DNA of 64,000 nt from Perkinsela sp. CCAP 1560/9. Lineage: Eukaryota > Protista > Euglenozoa: Kinetoplastea. Shown here piece after piece: positions 21,303 to 32,155 of this stretch. Where the stretch lies: NCBI GenBank assembly GCA_965644495.1, contig CBFFSA010000005.1:248001-312000 (forward strand). Reading direction: 5' to 3'. Under the pieces are notes generated by a model, which was not told the DNA's origin, searched no databases, and worked only from the letters and a program-made list of their open reading frames with translations. The translations under genes were made by a program, and so were the position numbers. The stretch's first letter is position 1. Each line of letters opens with the position of its first letter.

Positions 21303-21590
21303 TAATGCTTGGTTTGGCATTTTTAATGGGTGGAAGGTTGACACCCAGCCCCCGTATGCTTCACTGTTTGCGTTTCTTGCCTTTGTTTGAATCTTCACAC
21401 ATAATGCACGAAGTACCGTAGGTACCGAAGTTTCTTGTTATGTTTTACTTGCAAATTTTTCAAAGAGAAATCGATTCCTTACTTTGTATTATCATGAAGA
21501 ATAGTTTTCAGAGGCTTTGATTGGGACTCTCACTGTTTCTGTAGTTCTTTTTTAAAACGAAGTTTTGTGTCTTACACCTCACGAAGCGTA

Positions 21591-22280
21591 ATGTTTTTCG
21601 TGATTACACAGGTTGCTGCGGAGGACAGTCGGGCGAGTAAGGTCCGTGGGGCAAGGCTTCCGCAGGAATTAGAACTTTCACGACTCGTTAGAAATATTGC
21701 ACCCTGCCATGAGACGTGGACTTCCGCTCATCCTGCATGTGAGTGGTATGCGGTAGTATGTAATTCCGAAGGAGTAGCGGTCGCTTTTGATTGGAGCGCT
21801 CGTGAGCTAGTTGGAGCCATGAACCTGGAGGATCTTCCGGAAAAAATAGAACACGTGCATTGTAGTCGTAATCGCTTATCTGGAAAGCTGACGCTACTAA
21901 ATCTTCCGCTTTCCTTGTTAGATCTGCGCCTGGATCATAATCACTTTACCGGATCCCCTACCTTTGACACACTGCCCTCGGCACTTCGCTATTTGTCACT
22001 CAGCGCTAACCGTCTCAGCGGAACGTTGGATCTGTGCCAGCTCCCGAGGACACTGGAAGCGCTTTACCTGGCACGAAATGACTTCTACGGAACCGTAGAT
22101 TTGGGATCACTACCTGCAACAATGCGTCGCCTTTCGCTCCATAACAATGACCTCAGCGGTGTGGTAGACGTCTCGCGCCTACCGGAGGGACTTATCCGTG
22201 TGAATTTATCCGAGAACTGTTTTGATGAGATCGTTCCCGTTCCACTCCCGCAGAGCGTGATTACGACTGCATATAAATGA
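21591..22280 (+). CDS. Leucine-rich repeat protein (family paralog 2)
   Basis: W....PACEW..V.C cap plus LPxxLxxLxLxxNxLSGxxDL repeats. Confidence 0.88.
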   Translation: MFFVITQVAAEDSRASKVRGARLPQELELSRLVRNIAPCHETWTSAHPACEWYAVVCNSEGVAVAFDWSARELVGAMNLEDLPEKIEHVHCSRNRLSGKLTLLNLPLSLLDLRLDHNHFTGSPTFDTLPSALRYLSLSANRLSGTLDLCQLPRTLEALYLARNDFYGTVDLGSLPATMRRLSLHNNDLSGVVDVSRLPEGLIRVNLSENCFDEIVPVPLPQSVITTAYK

Positions 22281-22638
22281 GTGATGGATGTACAAGAGGG
22301 AGCCGATGGGAGGAAAACTATGTGGCAAGATATCACGAAAACTAGATCTGGTACACAGATGACGCGAGCATGTACTTAGGCGTGTGCGTAAAAAAGGGAA
22401 TACAATTATATTCATACACACGTATCTTTTGAGCCTAAGGTACATCACAGGTATTCGAATGAAACATTCCGTGCAAATTTGGTTCAGTAAATGTTACACT
22501 GAAATGTGATACAAAATGAAATGTTACACTGAAATGTGTAGAACTCTAGGAATATTAGAATTCTGATGCATTGAACTGTTAAGAATAGTAATTGTTCATT
22601 GGTAAATTTTAAGAACTTGACCGTTTCTGGTTATTGTA

Positions 22639-22929
22639 ATGATAATTTCCCGCGCAACAAATCAACCTGTAGGACTTGGTCGCGCATTTTTCTCCATCTG
22701 GCCTCCTTACCGCTTTGTTATTGTGTTTTTGGGCTTCACAGCGATTGGGGCTGGAATAGAATTGTTCGCCATTAAGACGGGATTGTACCGAGTGATAGTT
22801 TCCAATAAAACCTCACAACGTTATGAACTTGATAAATTCGTGCGAAAATTTAGGAAGGATATGCAGGAATGGACAGAAGAAGACATGAGGTTGGCTGGCC
22901 TAGATGTTTCCGAGCTACCAAGAGCGTAG
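22639..22929 (+). CDS. Small membrane protein, SMIM4/UQCC5-like (tentative)
   Basis: YRF...F..F.AIGAGIELF.IK.G.Y resembles the SMIM4 family; single TM. Confidence 0.5.
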   Translation: MIISRATNQPVGLGRAFFSIWPPYRFVIVFLGFTAIGAGIELFAIKTGLYRVIVSNKTSQRYELDKFVRKFRKDMQEWTEEDMRLAGLDVSELPRA

Positions 22930-23417
22930 AACCGAAATGGTGTAAATCGTTGTTCGATTATCGTACAATATCGTGGTATGAATGAAGGGCGAGAACAAGT
23001 AGACCAAATGATATCCATCAGTGGATGCAAGAGTAAAAAGCGCACCGAATTGCCTTTTTCTGATGCACGTCCTTCACTGTTCAGATACATGCTTCACTTG
23101 AATTAGAGGATAGGTTCAGTTCAAGTTGCTAGTACGATCTTAAATCCCTTTCCATTTTTCTGTTTCAAAGTTTTAATTTTCCTAATAATCTTGTAGTTCA
23201 TACGTATTCTGCAAGGTTCTCCCGACTTCTCTATTGGATCTGTGATTTTTTACGTTCTGTGCTCCGATGGCTTGTATAACTAGTGTAGTTTGTCAGTAGA
23301 TGGAAAATAAACTGTGTATTGTTCGTTTTATGTTTGTAAGGTTATTGCAGGACTTATTCCTTTGATCTGAATTTTGCTACATCACGGTCTACGCTGATCT
23401 TTCTTCTTTAGAACGTC

Positions 23418-23858
23418 ATGTATGTACAGAGTGATAAGACTGTCACAACAACAGCGCATATGATGTCTCAGGATGTGGGACCAACACCTCCAAGTTCACA
23501 GGAGGAAACTCAACCGCACGATGAAAACTCGCTAGAATCCATATCAGAGTATGAGGACGGCGGCATGCTACTACATTCTTCTAGGAATACCGCTCCGCCC
23601 GAGGCCCCTAAACATTCGAAGGACACATCAGAAAATCGTGTGCACGACAACATGGGTACTGACACTGGGCATCAACTTCCTCAGACTGAAGCACCGGTCC
23701 TTAGGCCACTTACAAAACCTGTCAACACAAACAGCATTATTGAGCCTTTACATCAGTCCTCACTATATCAGCAAACCTTCAAAGGTTTGATACCTGAAAA
23801 GTTACGGAACTTTGCGTGCGCTACCAAAATCCTTTACCCTTCTGAACGAACGATATAG
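23418..23858 (+). CDS. Hypothetical low-complexity protein
   Basis: 146-aa ORF on the gene-cluster strand after a TCTTCTTTAG acceptor-like site; no recognised domain. Confidence 0.45.
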   Translation: MYVQSDKTVTTTAHMMSQDVGPTPPSSQEETQPHDENSLESISEYEDGGMLLHSSRNTAPPEAPKHSKDTSENRVHDNMGTDTGHQLPQTEAPVLRPLTKPVNTNSIIEPLHQSSLYQQTFKGLIPEKLRNFACATKILYPSERTI

Positions 23859-24050
23859 ACCCCTTTGCCAGACCGTTTAGTACGGAGCTGATTGAAAAAA
23901 TTTAGCTGTATTTCAATCAATTCCTTCTGATGCACGTAGTTTTTTTGCACTCATGCACTTTACATTTTGAAGGTATTTTCTGAAAAATTATGAAATCTAG
24001 ATTTGATCCTTAGTGAAGTCGAATGCAGCATTTATAGTTTGAGTTGTTAT

Positions 24051-25544
24051 ATGGGTTTTCTACGTTCATGCATACGACATTCGGTCGCAAAAGAGCTTAA
24101 AATACTTCCCACTGAGCCGCTCTACACCTCTAGCATTTATCCTTCTGTTGTCGCCAACAAATTACCGAAAGCATTTCTAGATCCCGCACATTTTTCTCCC
24201 AATAAGGGCTCACCACATAAAACTTTCTTTTCGCAACTTACCCACCGAAAACGGAGAATTCCCAAAAGTTTCATCGAAGCTCGCAATTGGGATTACCTTA
24301 CCGCAGATCTCCCACCCGGGACACCGGTCGAGGTGGTTGCCCCTCATGTGGTGCGAGCTAACGGCCCGACCGTAGCACTGGCCTTTCTCGAAACCCACAC
24401 CGCGATGCTGGAGGTCTTCGAATGTTTTCGTAACCCCAGTCAACCCATTCCCCGCATCGATGCTGATTACTGGATGCACAAAGTACGCAGTGCCTATCGC
24501 CATCGTCAAGATCTCGGCTGTCTGTATGCCTCGAATAACTGCGCTCGAGTCATGCATGGCACCGAGGATGAAATCCCTGGACTCTCCGCAGATCTCTACG
24601 GGAACACCTGTCGGGTTCGGTTGCTCGGGGATGGCCCGTTGCATGGGGCCCTGCATGCGCTGTACACCTTCCTTACCCCACTCGGTGTGGATCAATTCTG
24701 GATGTCGCATCTTCGCTCCCGACGACACACATTTATGGGAAATGAACGGGTCCCGTGCAGTTGTGTGGAAAATGGGGTCGCGTTTCAATTGGAGAATTTA
24801 GGGGATATGGAAACGCCTGAATATATTTTGAGTAATCGCCACAGGGGCTGCCGCGGTACGCTCCAACTTTTATCCGAGCAAACCAACGTGCTTGATATCT
24901 TTGGCGGTGCGGGGTATAGTACCGCGGTAGCGTTATACGGCGGTGCAAAATATGTTCTTTATCTTGATGACAGGCCGAAAGCCCACTCTCTTTTGCAGAA
25001 CATCACTCAAGGAATCACACATACAGCTACTTTGGATGCTCCAAGCGATTGTGAAAATGTAGAGACCTATTTACTGGACGCCGAAAGTCGAAGCTTCCAT
25101 GCAGTTTGTGTTAATATTCCCATGGCGTTTTGGAATGCAAAGGTGGGGTCGCGCTTAAAACTGGAAAAGAAGGATGGAGAAGACAAATCTCCTGTAGAAC
25201 AAGAGGAAAAGAAAGGAACACCTGACCGCACCTCTACCCAGACAAATCTTAAGGAACGTCTGGTACGTATTATGGCGAACGCTATTCGTTGTGCGACTAC
25301 AGATGGATACATGGTAATATCACACCCTCAAACTCCACTCCGGCTCGAAGCCTCAAAAAAGTCCAGCATTTCTCAATCAGTCACAATTGGTTCTTTGGTT
25401 CACCAGGCTTCGATCCGCGAGCAAAGATCGTTGAGTCTTTTGAAAACACTTTCCAGTGGCCCAGATTTTCCCCAAACTGACTTTCTAGAGTCTCCCGGTT
25501 TACAGCCCTATTGCCAAGTTGGACTTGTGTACAGAGTTCATTGA
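24051..25544 (+). CDS. RlmI/RlmK-like SAM-dependent RNA methyltransferase fold, probably mitochondrial
   Basis: RVMHGTEDEIPGLSADLYG, VENGVAF, VLDIFGGAG...A..GGA..V..LD (motif I), PDFP near the C-terminus. Confidence 0.75.
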   Translation: MGFLRSCIRHSVAKELKILPTEPLYTSSIYPSVVANKLPKAFLDPAHFSPNKGSPHKTFFSQLTHRKRRIPKSFIEARNWDYLTADLPPGTPVEVVAPHVVRANGPTVALAFLETHTAMLEVFECFRNPSQPIPRIDADYWMHKVRSAYRHRQDLGCLYASNNCARVMHGTEDEIPGLSADLYGNTCRVRLLGDGPLHGALHALYTFLTPLGVDQFWMSHLRSRRHTFMGNERVPCSCVENGVAFQLENLGDMETPEYILSNRHRGCRGTLQLLSEQTNVLDIFGGAGYSTAVALYGGAKYVLYLDDRPKAHSLLQNITQGITHTATLDAPSDCENVETYLLDAESRSFHAVCVNIPMAFWNAKVGSRLKLEKKDGEDKSPVEQEEKKGTPDRTSTQTNLKERLVRIMANAIRCATTDGYMVISHPQTPLRLEASKKSSISQSVTIGSLVHQASIREQRSLSLLKTLSSGPDFPQTDFLESPGLQPYCQVGLVYRVH

Positions 25545-25870
25545 GGGAAAATCTATAGATTGCTTTCATCGGAAATTATCATATGTTGATCTGTAAAGTA
25601 ATTTTAATTTTCGCTCTTTGACCTACAGTTGTAGGCATCTGAATTATCCGGCTTGATCAGTACTGCACCAGTTGAGATGTTAGTGGAAGGTTTAACTAAA
25701 ACACAATCTTGAAATATTTCATATGATTCGAAAGATTCTTTCATCTAAGTCTGTTTACGAGTCAGTTCATATGTAGTTGCATAAATTTTGTTTGACTGTT
25801 CCTAATTTTTCTACCGTATTTAAAAAATAAGTTTTGTTAATCTTTTCGATAAAAATAAACAAGCTTCGTA

Positions 25871-25893
25871 CTTTCCACTTTCATATTTTCTAG
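25871..25893 (+). promoter_or_regulatory. Polypyrimidine tract + AG, candidate spliced-leader trans-splice acceptor for proteasome beta-3
   Basis: ctttccactttcatattttctAG ending 12 nt before the ATG; similar tracts precede many genes here. Confidence 0.5.
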
Positions 25894-25905
25894 GAAGCAT
25901 TCACA

Positions 25906-26520
25906 ATGTCTATTATGCAATACAACGGCGGGTGCTGTGTTGCCATGGCGGGCGACCAATGTTTTGCAATTGCCTCCGATCTCGGCCTCGTGTCTCAGGG
26001 GAAAAATATTTCAAACGAGTGTGATAAAGTTCACTGCGTGCACGATCGGCTGTTTCTAGCGCTCAGTGGACTAGCCACAGATCGTACCACTGTGCTCGAA
26101 AAGCTCACATATCGATGCAACATGTACAAACTCAGAGAGGAGCGAAATATTGCCCCCAGCTCGTTTACGGCGATGTTGTCCAACATGTTTTATGAGCGAC
26201 GATTTGGGCCTTGGTTTGTTGAGCCAGTGATTGCGGGGTTCAATCCGGACAACAGCGTTATGCTTGCCTCTACCGATCTGATTGGGGCAAAGAGCACCCC
26301 GAAGGACTTTGTGTGCACCGGAACTTGCGAGGACTCTCTGATGGGAATATGTGAGACACTGTGGCGTCCTGGCCTTGGGCCCGAAGAGCTCTTCGAAGTC
26401 ATCTCACAGTCTTTGCTGTCCGCTCTCGATCGCGATTGTATCAGTGGTTGGGGTGCAAAAGTGTTTATCGTGACGCCTCAGAAAATCGTGACAAGAATCC
26501 TCAAAACAAGGGCAGATTGA
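25906..26520 (+). CDS. PSMB3: 20S proteasome subunit beta-3
   Basis: MSIMQYNGG..VAM.G..C.AIASD, GLATD, YKLREER.I.P, YERRFGPWFVEPVIAG, DRDCISGWGA. Confidence 0.97.
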   Translation: MSIMQYNGGCCVAMAGDQCFAIASDLGLVSQGKNISNECDKVHCVHDRLFLALSGLATDRTTVLEKLTYRCNMYKLREERNIAPSSFTAMLSNMFYERRFGPWFVEPVIAGFNPDNSVMLASTDLIGAKSTPKDFVCTGTCEDSLMGICETLWRPGLGPEELFEVISQSLLSALDRDCISGWGAKVFIVTPQKIVTRILKTRAD

Positions 26521-26795
26521 CGAGCTTGGATGCGCAGCTCCGCACTCGATGAATACAATACATGATCTTTGTAACTTTTAACTTGTATTATTAAAGTTGA
26601 ACGAAAGAAATGATTACATCACACACCCTGGAGGTACGATAGGTTACCCGGCTCATGGCTAATATTAATATGTATATTGAAACCCAAGCATTGAACATTA
26701 TACCTGTCGTGCTTCGTGAACCTCTACCGTGGCTACAATTTCAGATTGTAAACCTTATATCAAAGTACATGTATACTTCGAAACTCACGAATCTA

Positions 26796-26815
26796 CCTTT
26801 TTCTCTATTTTTTAG
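26796..26815 (+). promoter_or_regulatory. Polypyrimidine tract + AG, candidate trans-splice acceptor for RPB9
   Basis: T/C-rich tract ending in AG at 26814-26815, 5 nt before the ATG. Confidence 0.5.
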
Positions 26816-26820
26816 CATCT

Positions 26821-27195
26821 ATGCCTATCCAGTTCTGCCCTGCCTGTCACAATTTGCTATACCCTACGGAGGATGTAGTCAACAGACGTTTGGAATATGA
26901 ATGTCGCCGTGCAGAATGCCGGCAGAAAGTGTACGGAGTCGACTCACTTGTCGAAATACATGACCTAAAGGGCGGTGTATCTAAACTTGGGGCCTCCGTA
27001 CAGGATCTTGCAGCTCACGCCGATGATGCCACGCTGCAAAGAGTACACACAATTCTCTGCCCCTCGTGTCAAACTACGAAGGGGGTCGTTCTTTTTATGA
27101 ATCCATATCGCTTAGACCCAGAGAATATGGGTCTTATTTGCGTGTGCGTGAATTGTAGGCACGTGTGGGATAGGAAAGAAATGCAACGAGATTGA
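26821..27195 (+). CDS. RPB9: RNA polymerase II subunit RPB9
   Basis: FCPACHNLLYP.ED....L.Y.CR..C zinc ribbon; D.TL.R....CP.C....M.L..VC.NC.H.W second ribbon. Confidence 0.9.
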   Translation: MPIQFCPACHNLLYPTEDVVNRRLEYECRRAECRQKVYGVDSLVEIHDLKGGVSKLGASVQDLAAHADDATLQRVHTILCPSCQTTKGVVLFMNPYRLDPENMGLICVCVNCRHVWDRKEMQRD

Positions 27196-27502
27196 AGGTT
27201 GCTTATTTCTGCATCACTAGGTCATCACGCTTTCGGAAAACGTAGTGTAATGTAGCAGGCAAAACGTATGTCAGTATTCCATTGTTTGTGAAAAAAATAT
27301 TACACATTTTTAGTGTAGAAGTTTGGCAGTAACTTGCGGAGTACTCTATTTTTGAGTAAATTCAATTTACTAAATCAATTTACTAAATTGATTCAGTATT
27401 GAACCCTGAAAAGTTTTAGTTTGTATACTAAATGGCCTGGTTCAGTAGCAAAATTTTCTTTACTGGCACGGAATCGAGATATCCAGTTGCGAAGTGGAGT
27501 CA

Positions 27503-29872
27503 ATGAGCCGTTCCATTGCTCGACTTTCACATGCCTCTTCCAGCTTAATACGCTGTTCTCAGGTAATACCTGATCTTTTCTCTGCGGTAAAAGAGCTAAT
27601 AGAAAATAGTATTGACGCCGGAGCACTCTTTGTCGATGTTTTAGTGGAAGAATTTGGGACGGGAAATATTGTTGTAATAGACAATGGCAGCGGTATGGAT
27701 GTCAGTGAATTAGAGGGACTTGCAACGTTGTACCAAACTTCAAAACTTAGTACTTTCGAAGAGTGTGAAACCGTAAGGTCTTTCGGTTTTCGTGGGGAAG
27801 CCTTGGCGTCACTATGCGCACTGTGTAAAGAGGTGGAGGTAACAAGTAAGAAAGAGGGGATCGAACGAACCTGCATGTATGCTAATGGAAAGCTCTCAAG
27901 CACGAAAGTTTCACAAAACATCACCCACACTTCCGGCACTAATGTAACCCTTTTAGGCTTGTTCGATGCACTTCCGGTTCGGCGCAAACATTTCGTGACA
28001 TCCTGTAAGCGGGAGTTTTCCACCGCACTACACAAATGGCGTCAATATTGTTTTTTATGCCTTTTAAAAGACCATATCACTTCACAACCTGGCTGTCGAG
28101 TTCGTCTTTTGCACAACAACGCCGTTGTTGGTTCCTCACAATTAGGTCAACCCGTTATACAAGGTATCGCTAGCGTTTTTGGGTCCAAAATCGCACGTTC
28201 TCTTACCACCGTGTCGTGGAGTTTCGAGCAGGATTCTGGCTTGGACAGCGAAGAAATGTCGAAGGTGCCAACATGTATTACCGTTCAAGGGGCTTTAGGG
28301 CTTGTTGCCTCAGCGTCCTCAGCTCTACACTATCTTTTCGTCAATGGACGTCCCGTTGACATCCCACGGATCCACAAAGCGTTGTTGGCGTCTCGTATAG
28401 ATCCGACTGCATCGACCTTAGCTCGAAAATCACAAACGCTATCGGTTGCCTACATATTGAACATGAACATGGAAGATTCAGGAAGATCTGTTGATTATAA
28501 TGTAACCCCTGATAAGCGAACGGTCATTCTACACGATGAGGCAGTCCTTGCTGACTTGCTGCACCGACATGCTGCAGCTCATTTTCAGGAACAACGAAGT
28601 ACTGAAAAGCGCCAATATTCTATGTGCACGCCGACAGTCTCAGCGGTTGGTCAAGAAATCACGACTCCAATACAGAAGAAGGTAAACAGCAGTCTTGCTT
28701 ATCGTACTCGAGACTCATCGTCTTCGAATGATAGGACTGGGAAGAAGAATGAATTAGATGTTACGCCTTTATTTACTCCAGGACCGCTAGAATATACACC
28801 CACTGTATGGGAAAAATCAAACACGTCTAACTACAATCAAGATCGGACTATGGACAATCAAAATACAGTTACGCCACCCGTCAATATTATTGACATATCA
28901 ACGAAAATTGTGGACCACGAACAGGAAGAAGCAAATATTGTAGACCCAGAAATCCGTCTTGATTTTTCGCAATCGAGCTCAGATTCAAATTTGTCTGGAG
29001 ATGAGAACAGTGCTCCTTTGGAAGAGTATTCGTGGACGGTTAGTACAGCAGAATGTATACTCTTTGCCGACTCAAATGACAGACGCGTGATGCCACGAAA
29101 CTGGTCAGTGACACCAGAAAATGTTGTCGGTCAAGATGCACCTCGCTTACTCGACCGCACTGACTTTTTGCGGATGTTCGTTCTTGGGCAATTCAACCTT
29201 GGGTTCATTCTTACGTCACTAGATGGGCAACTTTTTATAATCGATCAGCATGCTGCAGATGAGAAACACAATTATGAATCTCTCGTTTTGGACGCGAAAC
29301 GGCAGGTTCGAAAGCAGCGACTTCTTGTTCCCTACGAGCTCAGCAGTGCACTTTCCCCTCGTCACATAGAAATTCGAGAAATATTGCGCCAGTTAGAAAA
29401 CCATGGTATTGAACTACATTGGAAAGATGTTGAATGCGTTGAAGCAGATGATTATGTTGTTTCATCTGCTTGTCAGGTTCTATGTGTACCGACAACCATC
29501 GGAATAACATACTCTCTTTATGACGTCGAAGATGTCATCACACAACTGCTTAATACTCCCGAGTCATCTCGGCATCAATTCAATTCTACTGAGTTCCTGC
29601 CGCAGTCAAAGAGAAATCTTGAGAGCAACAACAATAGCAAAATTAAATCGTCATGCGTAGATACGGATATAGGCACGGACTCAAATATTTTACTGTCTAC
29701 TAGGGTTTATGATATGCTTGCTTCGCGCGCGTGCCGCAAGAGCATTATGATTGGCGATCCATTGGATTTCTTGACCATGCGTAACGTAGTAAGCAGATTA
29801 GGTTCACTACAAAACCCCTGGGAATGCCCCCACGGACGTCCGACTATTAGACGGGTTGCGGTAACAAAATAG
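27503..29872 (+). CDS. PMS1: MutL-family mismatch repair endonuclease PMS1/PMS2
   Basis: AVKELIENSIDAGA, DNGSG, TSK, FGFRGEALASL (GHKL ATPase); GQFNLGFI, DQHAADEKHNYE, ACRKSIMIG, CPHGRPT endonuclease motifs. Confidence 0.95.
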   Translation: MSRSIARLSHASSSLIRCSQVIPDLFSAVKELIENSIDAGALFVDVLVEEFGTGNIVVIDNGSGMDVSELEGLATLYQTSKLSTFEECETVRSFGFRGEALASLCALCKEVEVTSKKEGIERTCMYANGKLSSTKVSQNITHTSGTNVTLLGLFDALPVRRKHFVTSCKREFSTALHKWRQYCFLCLLKDHITSQPGCRVRLLHNNAVVGSSQLGQPVIQGIASVFGSKIARSLTTVSWSFEQDSGLDSEEMSKVPTCITVQGALGLVASASSALHYLFVNGRPVDIPRIHKALLASRIDPTASTLARKSQTLSVAYILNMNMEDSGRSVDYNVTPDKRTVILHDEAVLADLLHRHAAAHFQEQRSTEKRQYSMCTPTVSAVGQEITTPIQKKVNSSLAYRTRDSSSSNDRTGKKNELDVTPLFTPGPLEYTPTVWEKSNTSNYNQDRTMDNQNTVTPPVNIIDISTKIVDHEQEEANIVDPEIRLDFSQSSSDSNLSGDENSAPLEEYSWTVSTAECILFADSNDRRVMPRNWSVTPENVVGQDAPRLLDRTDFLRMFVLGQFNLGFILTSLDGQLFIIDQHAADEKHNYESLVLDAKRQVRKQRLLVPYELSSALSPRHIEIREILRQLENHGIELHWKDVECVEADDYVVSSACQVLCVPTTIGITYSLYDVEDVITQLLNTPESSRHQFNSTEFLPQSKRNLESNNNSKIKSSCVDTDIGTDSNILLSTRVYDMLASRACRKSIMIGDPLDFLTMRNVVSRLGSLQNPWECPHGRPTIRRVAVTK

Positions 29873-30092
29873 AGCTGCGTAGAAATTAGAGGATATTCAC
29901 ACGTCCCTTCATTTTTGCTATAAATTGGTATAAAATAAGTTCGCTATAAATTTTACATGTACTTCAATGAATCTAATAGGTTAATGTACTGATGCGTAAT
30001 CTAATCGAATTACTTTTCCATGTATACCTATTCGAATTTGCCTATATTACTTAAACTCTTTTAGTAAATTCGCATCTGCTAACTCAACGCAC

Positions 30093-31469
30093 ATGGTGCT
30101 TCGACAAGCCGTAAAGTGGCCACACAAATTTATCGACACAGAAGATGCTTTAAAAGCAGTTACAAAACTCTTAAAGGGTAGCGCTGCGAGTGGGAATGGG
30201 GTTGCTATCGATGTTGAAGCTTTTTGTCAAGAAAAGCACGCGAAACATCTTGGGCAAGTATCCCTATTACAGCTCGCAGGAGCCGAGGACCCTACCGTTT
30301 ATATTGTCGATGTGTTAACGCTCGGGGCCGACAGAGTTGCGCACTACGCGAAAAGAGTGTTATGCCACCCTAGTATACGGAAATACATGTTTGATTGTCG
30401 AAAGGATGTTGAAGCCTTGTCGACACAAATGGGGCTACAGCTTGCGAATGTTCTTGATCTTCAACTTTTTCACACGGCTACGGAATGGGGTTCTAAGGGC
30501 ACCAATCGACGCTCCCACTTGGATTACGTGTTGCGTCACGTCACGGGGCTCACGAGCTCAGACGAGCTGAAGTCCGTGGAGGCTGCCTTCGAGCTAGGAA
30601 AGCGTAAAGTCTGGGACGAGAGGCCGCTACCGGATCACCTCGTGGCCTACGCCGCGAATGATGTCCGTCACATGCTTGTCCTGACGGACTACCTACTGGA
30701 GAAATACCCCAAAATGGTGGACCCTGTCCTGGAGCTTACCCAAAAGTACGTCGACCACTACGCCACCGGGATTCTCACCAAATCCGAGGTCGACCCCCAA
30801 GCCAACAAAGTCTCCCCCGACTGGCTCACCACGGTGTTCGGGGAACGCGCCCTCTGCGCCCACTGCGGGAAACCCGGCCACAACTCCTCCAACTGCTTCA
30901 ACAAGGACAAAGCCATGATGAAGTGCCAGCACTGCGGCAGCCAGGGCCACCTCAGCAGTCGCTGCTTCAAGCTCCACCCCGACAAGAACAAGTGCGTGTT
31001 CTGTGGCCACGCGGGGCATCTCGAGGGGCGGTGCTACCTGCTGCACCCGTGTGAGAAGTGTGGGGGGAAGCACCCGGAGAAGACCTGCACGGGCGCCGGC
31101 CCCCGCGCCCCCACGCTCCCGGAGAAGGTCACCGCGACGGGGTTCGTACGCGCCCCGGACACCGCCGTCGCCCCGGAGATGACCACCCCGGTGGTGATGC
31201 CCGCGGAGGTCCCGGCGCGTGGGGGCCGACGCGTGGGCCCCGCCCCGGGAGGGGAGTCCCCGGGGCCGAGTACGGCGCCTCGGGGAGGGGCGATGGCCCC
31301 ACGGGGGGGTGCGGTGGCCCCCGCATGGGGTGGGGACGGGGGACGGGGATGGGGGAGAGGACGCGGGGGTGGGGGAGGGGGGCCGAGCCCGTCGTCGTGG
31401 TCCGGGGGTCGGGGAAGGGGTGGGGGTGGGGGGTTTCATGAGAGTGCGCGGGGGGGAAGGGGGTGGTAG
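30093..31469 (+). CDS. DEDDy 3'-5' exonuclease (EXD-like) with CCHC zinc knuckles and RGG tail
   Basis: AIDVE (ExoI), FDCRKD (ExoII), YAANDV (ExoIII); three CX2CX4HX4C knuckles and one CX2CX3HX4C; Gly/Arg-rich tail. Confidence 0.88.
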   Translation: MVLRQAVKWPHKFIDTEDALKAVTKLLKGSAASGNGVAIDVEAFCQEKHAKHLGQVSLLQLAGAEDPTVYIVDVLTLGADRVAHYAKRVLCHPSIRKYMFDCRKDVEALSTQMGLQLANVLDLQLFHTATEWGSKGTNRRSHLDYVLRHVTGLTSSDELKSVEAAFELGKRKVWDERPLPDHLVAYAANDVRHMLVLTDYLLEKYPKMVDPVLELTQKYVDHYATGILTKSEVDPQANKVSPDWLTTVFGERALCAHCGKPGHNSSNCFNKDKAMMKCQHCGSQGHLSSRCFKLHPDKNKCVFCGHAGHLEGRCYLLHPCEKCGGKHPEKTCTGAGPRAPTLPEKVTATGFVRAPDTAVAPEMTTPVVMPAEVPARGGRRVGPAPGGESPGPSTAPRGGAMAPRGGAVAPAWGGDGGRGWGRGRGGGGGGPSPSSWSGGRGRGGGGGFHESARGGRGW

Positions 31470-31822
31470 GGGCTCGAGGGTTGTGGGAAGGAAAGTGTAG
31501 TGGGTGGAGAAGTTGGTGGGTTTGTGGACTCTGTGTCTACTTTTTACAGTGTTTTCAATGAGAGACTTCGTTTCAAATTTGCAAAAAGCTTACGAAGATG
31601 TCAGAATTCTTTTTCTAACGTTTTTCTTCAGGTACGAAACACTGCTAACCAGAATTTTCTGATGAAGTTTCAGAGTAAACTTTTAGAACGTGAATGTGAA
31701 AATTGGTGCATAGAGTGACTTAGGAAACTAAAAAAATAACCCTCTATTGTAAATTGCATATCGAATATAGAATCCATGAAAAAAAGATTGATCAATTCCT
31801 TTCTTTCGGATTTATTTTTTGA

Positions 31823-32155
31823 ATGTCGCTTGATCGGGAGGTTTTGAAGGAAGGCGCTGGGTCTACTCCACAGGCAGGAGACACGGTCACCGTTCACTGC
31901 ACGGGGTACCTGAAGGATACAATGCAAAAGTTTTGGTCCACAAAAGATCCGGGACAGACCAGCTTTTCTTTTTGCGTTGGCCAAGGCAGAGTGATTCGCG
32001 GATGGGACGAAGGCATTCTGCAGATGAAAGTGGGCGAAAGTGCGAGGCTTACTATGAGCTCTGAGTACGCTTACGGAAGTCGTGGATTTCCTGCCTGGAA
32101 GATTCCTCCCAACGCTGCCCTTGTTTTTGACATTGAGCTCTTATCGAAAAAATAA
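31823..32155 (+). CDS. FKBP12: FKBP12-type peptidyl-prolyl isomerase
   Basis: GD.VTVHCTG, F.F.VG.G.VIRGWDEG...M.VGE.A.L....YAYG..GFP...IPPNA.LVFDIELL. Confidence 0.95.
   Translation: MSLDREVLKEGAGSTPQAGDTVTVHCTGYLKDTMQKFWSTKDPGQTSFSFCVGQGRVIRGWDEGILQMKVGESARLTMSSEYAYGSRGFPAWKIPPNAALVFDIELLSKK

Noticed and set aside
22972-23069. Possible C/D box snoRNA (ATGAATGA...CTGA with CGTG/CACG ends)
   Set aside because: Box C is non-canonical and I could not recognise an rRNA-complementary guide; it would need a snoRNA scan against the organism's rRNA.
30693-31500. 248-aa minus ORF and other Pro/Gly-rich ORFs
   Set aside because: Antisense or alternate frames of the GC island in the exonuclease gene.
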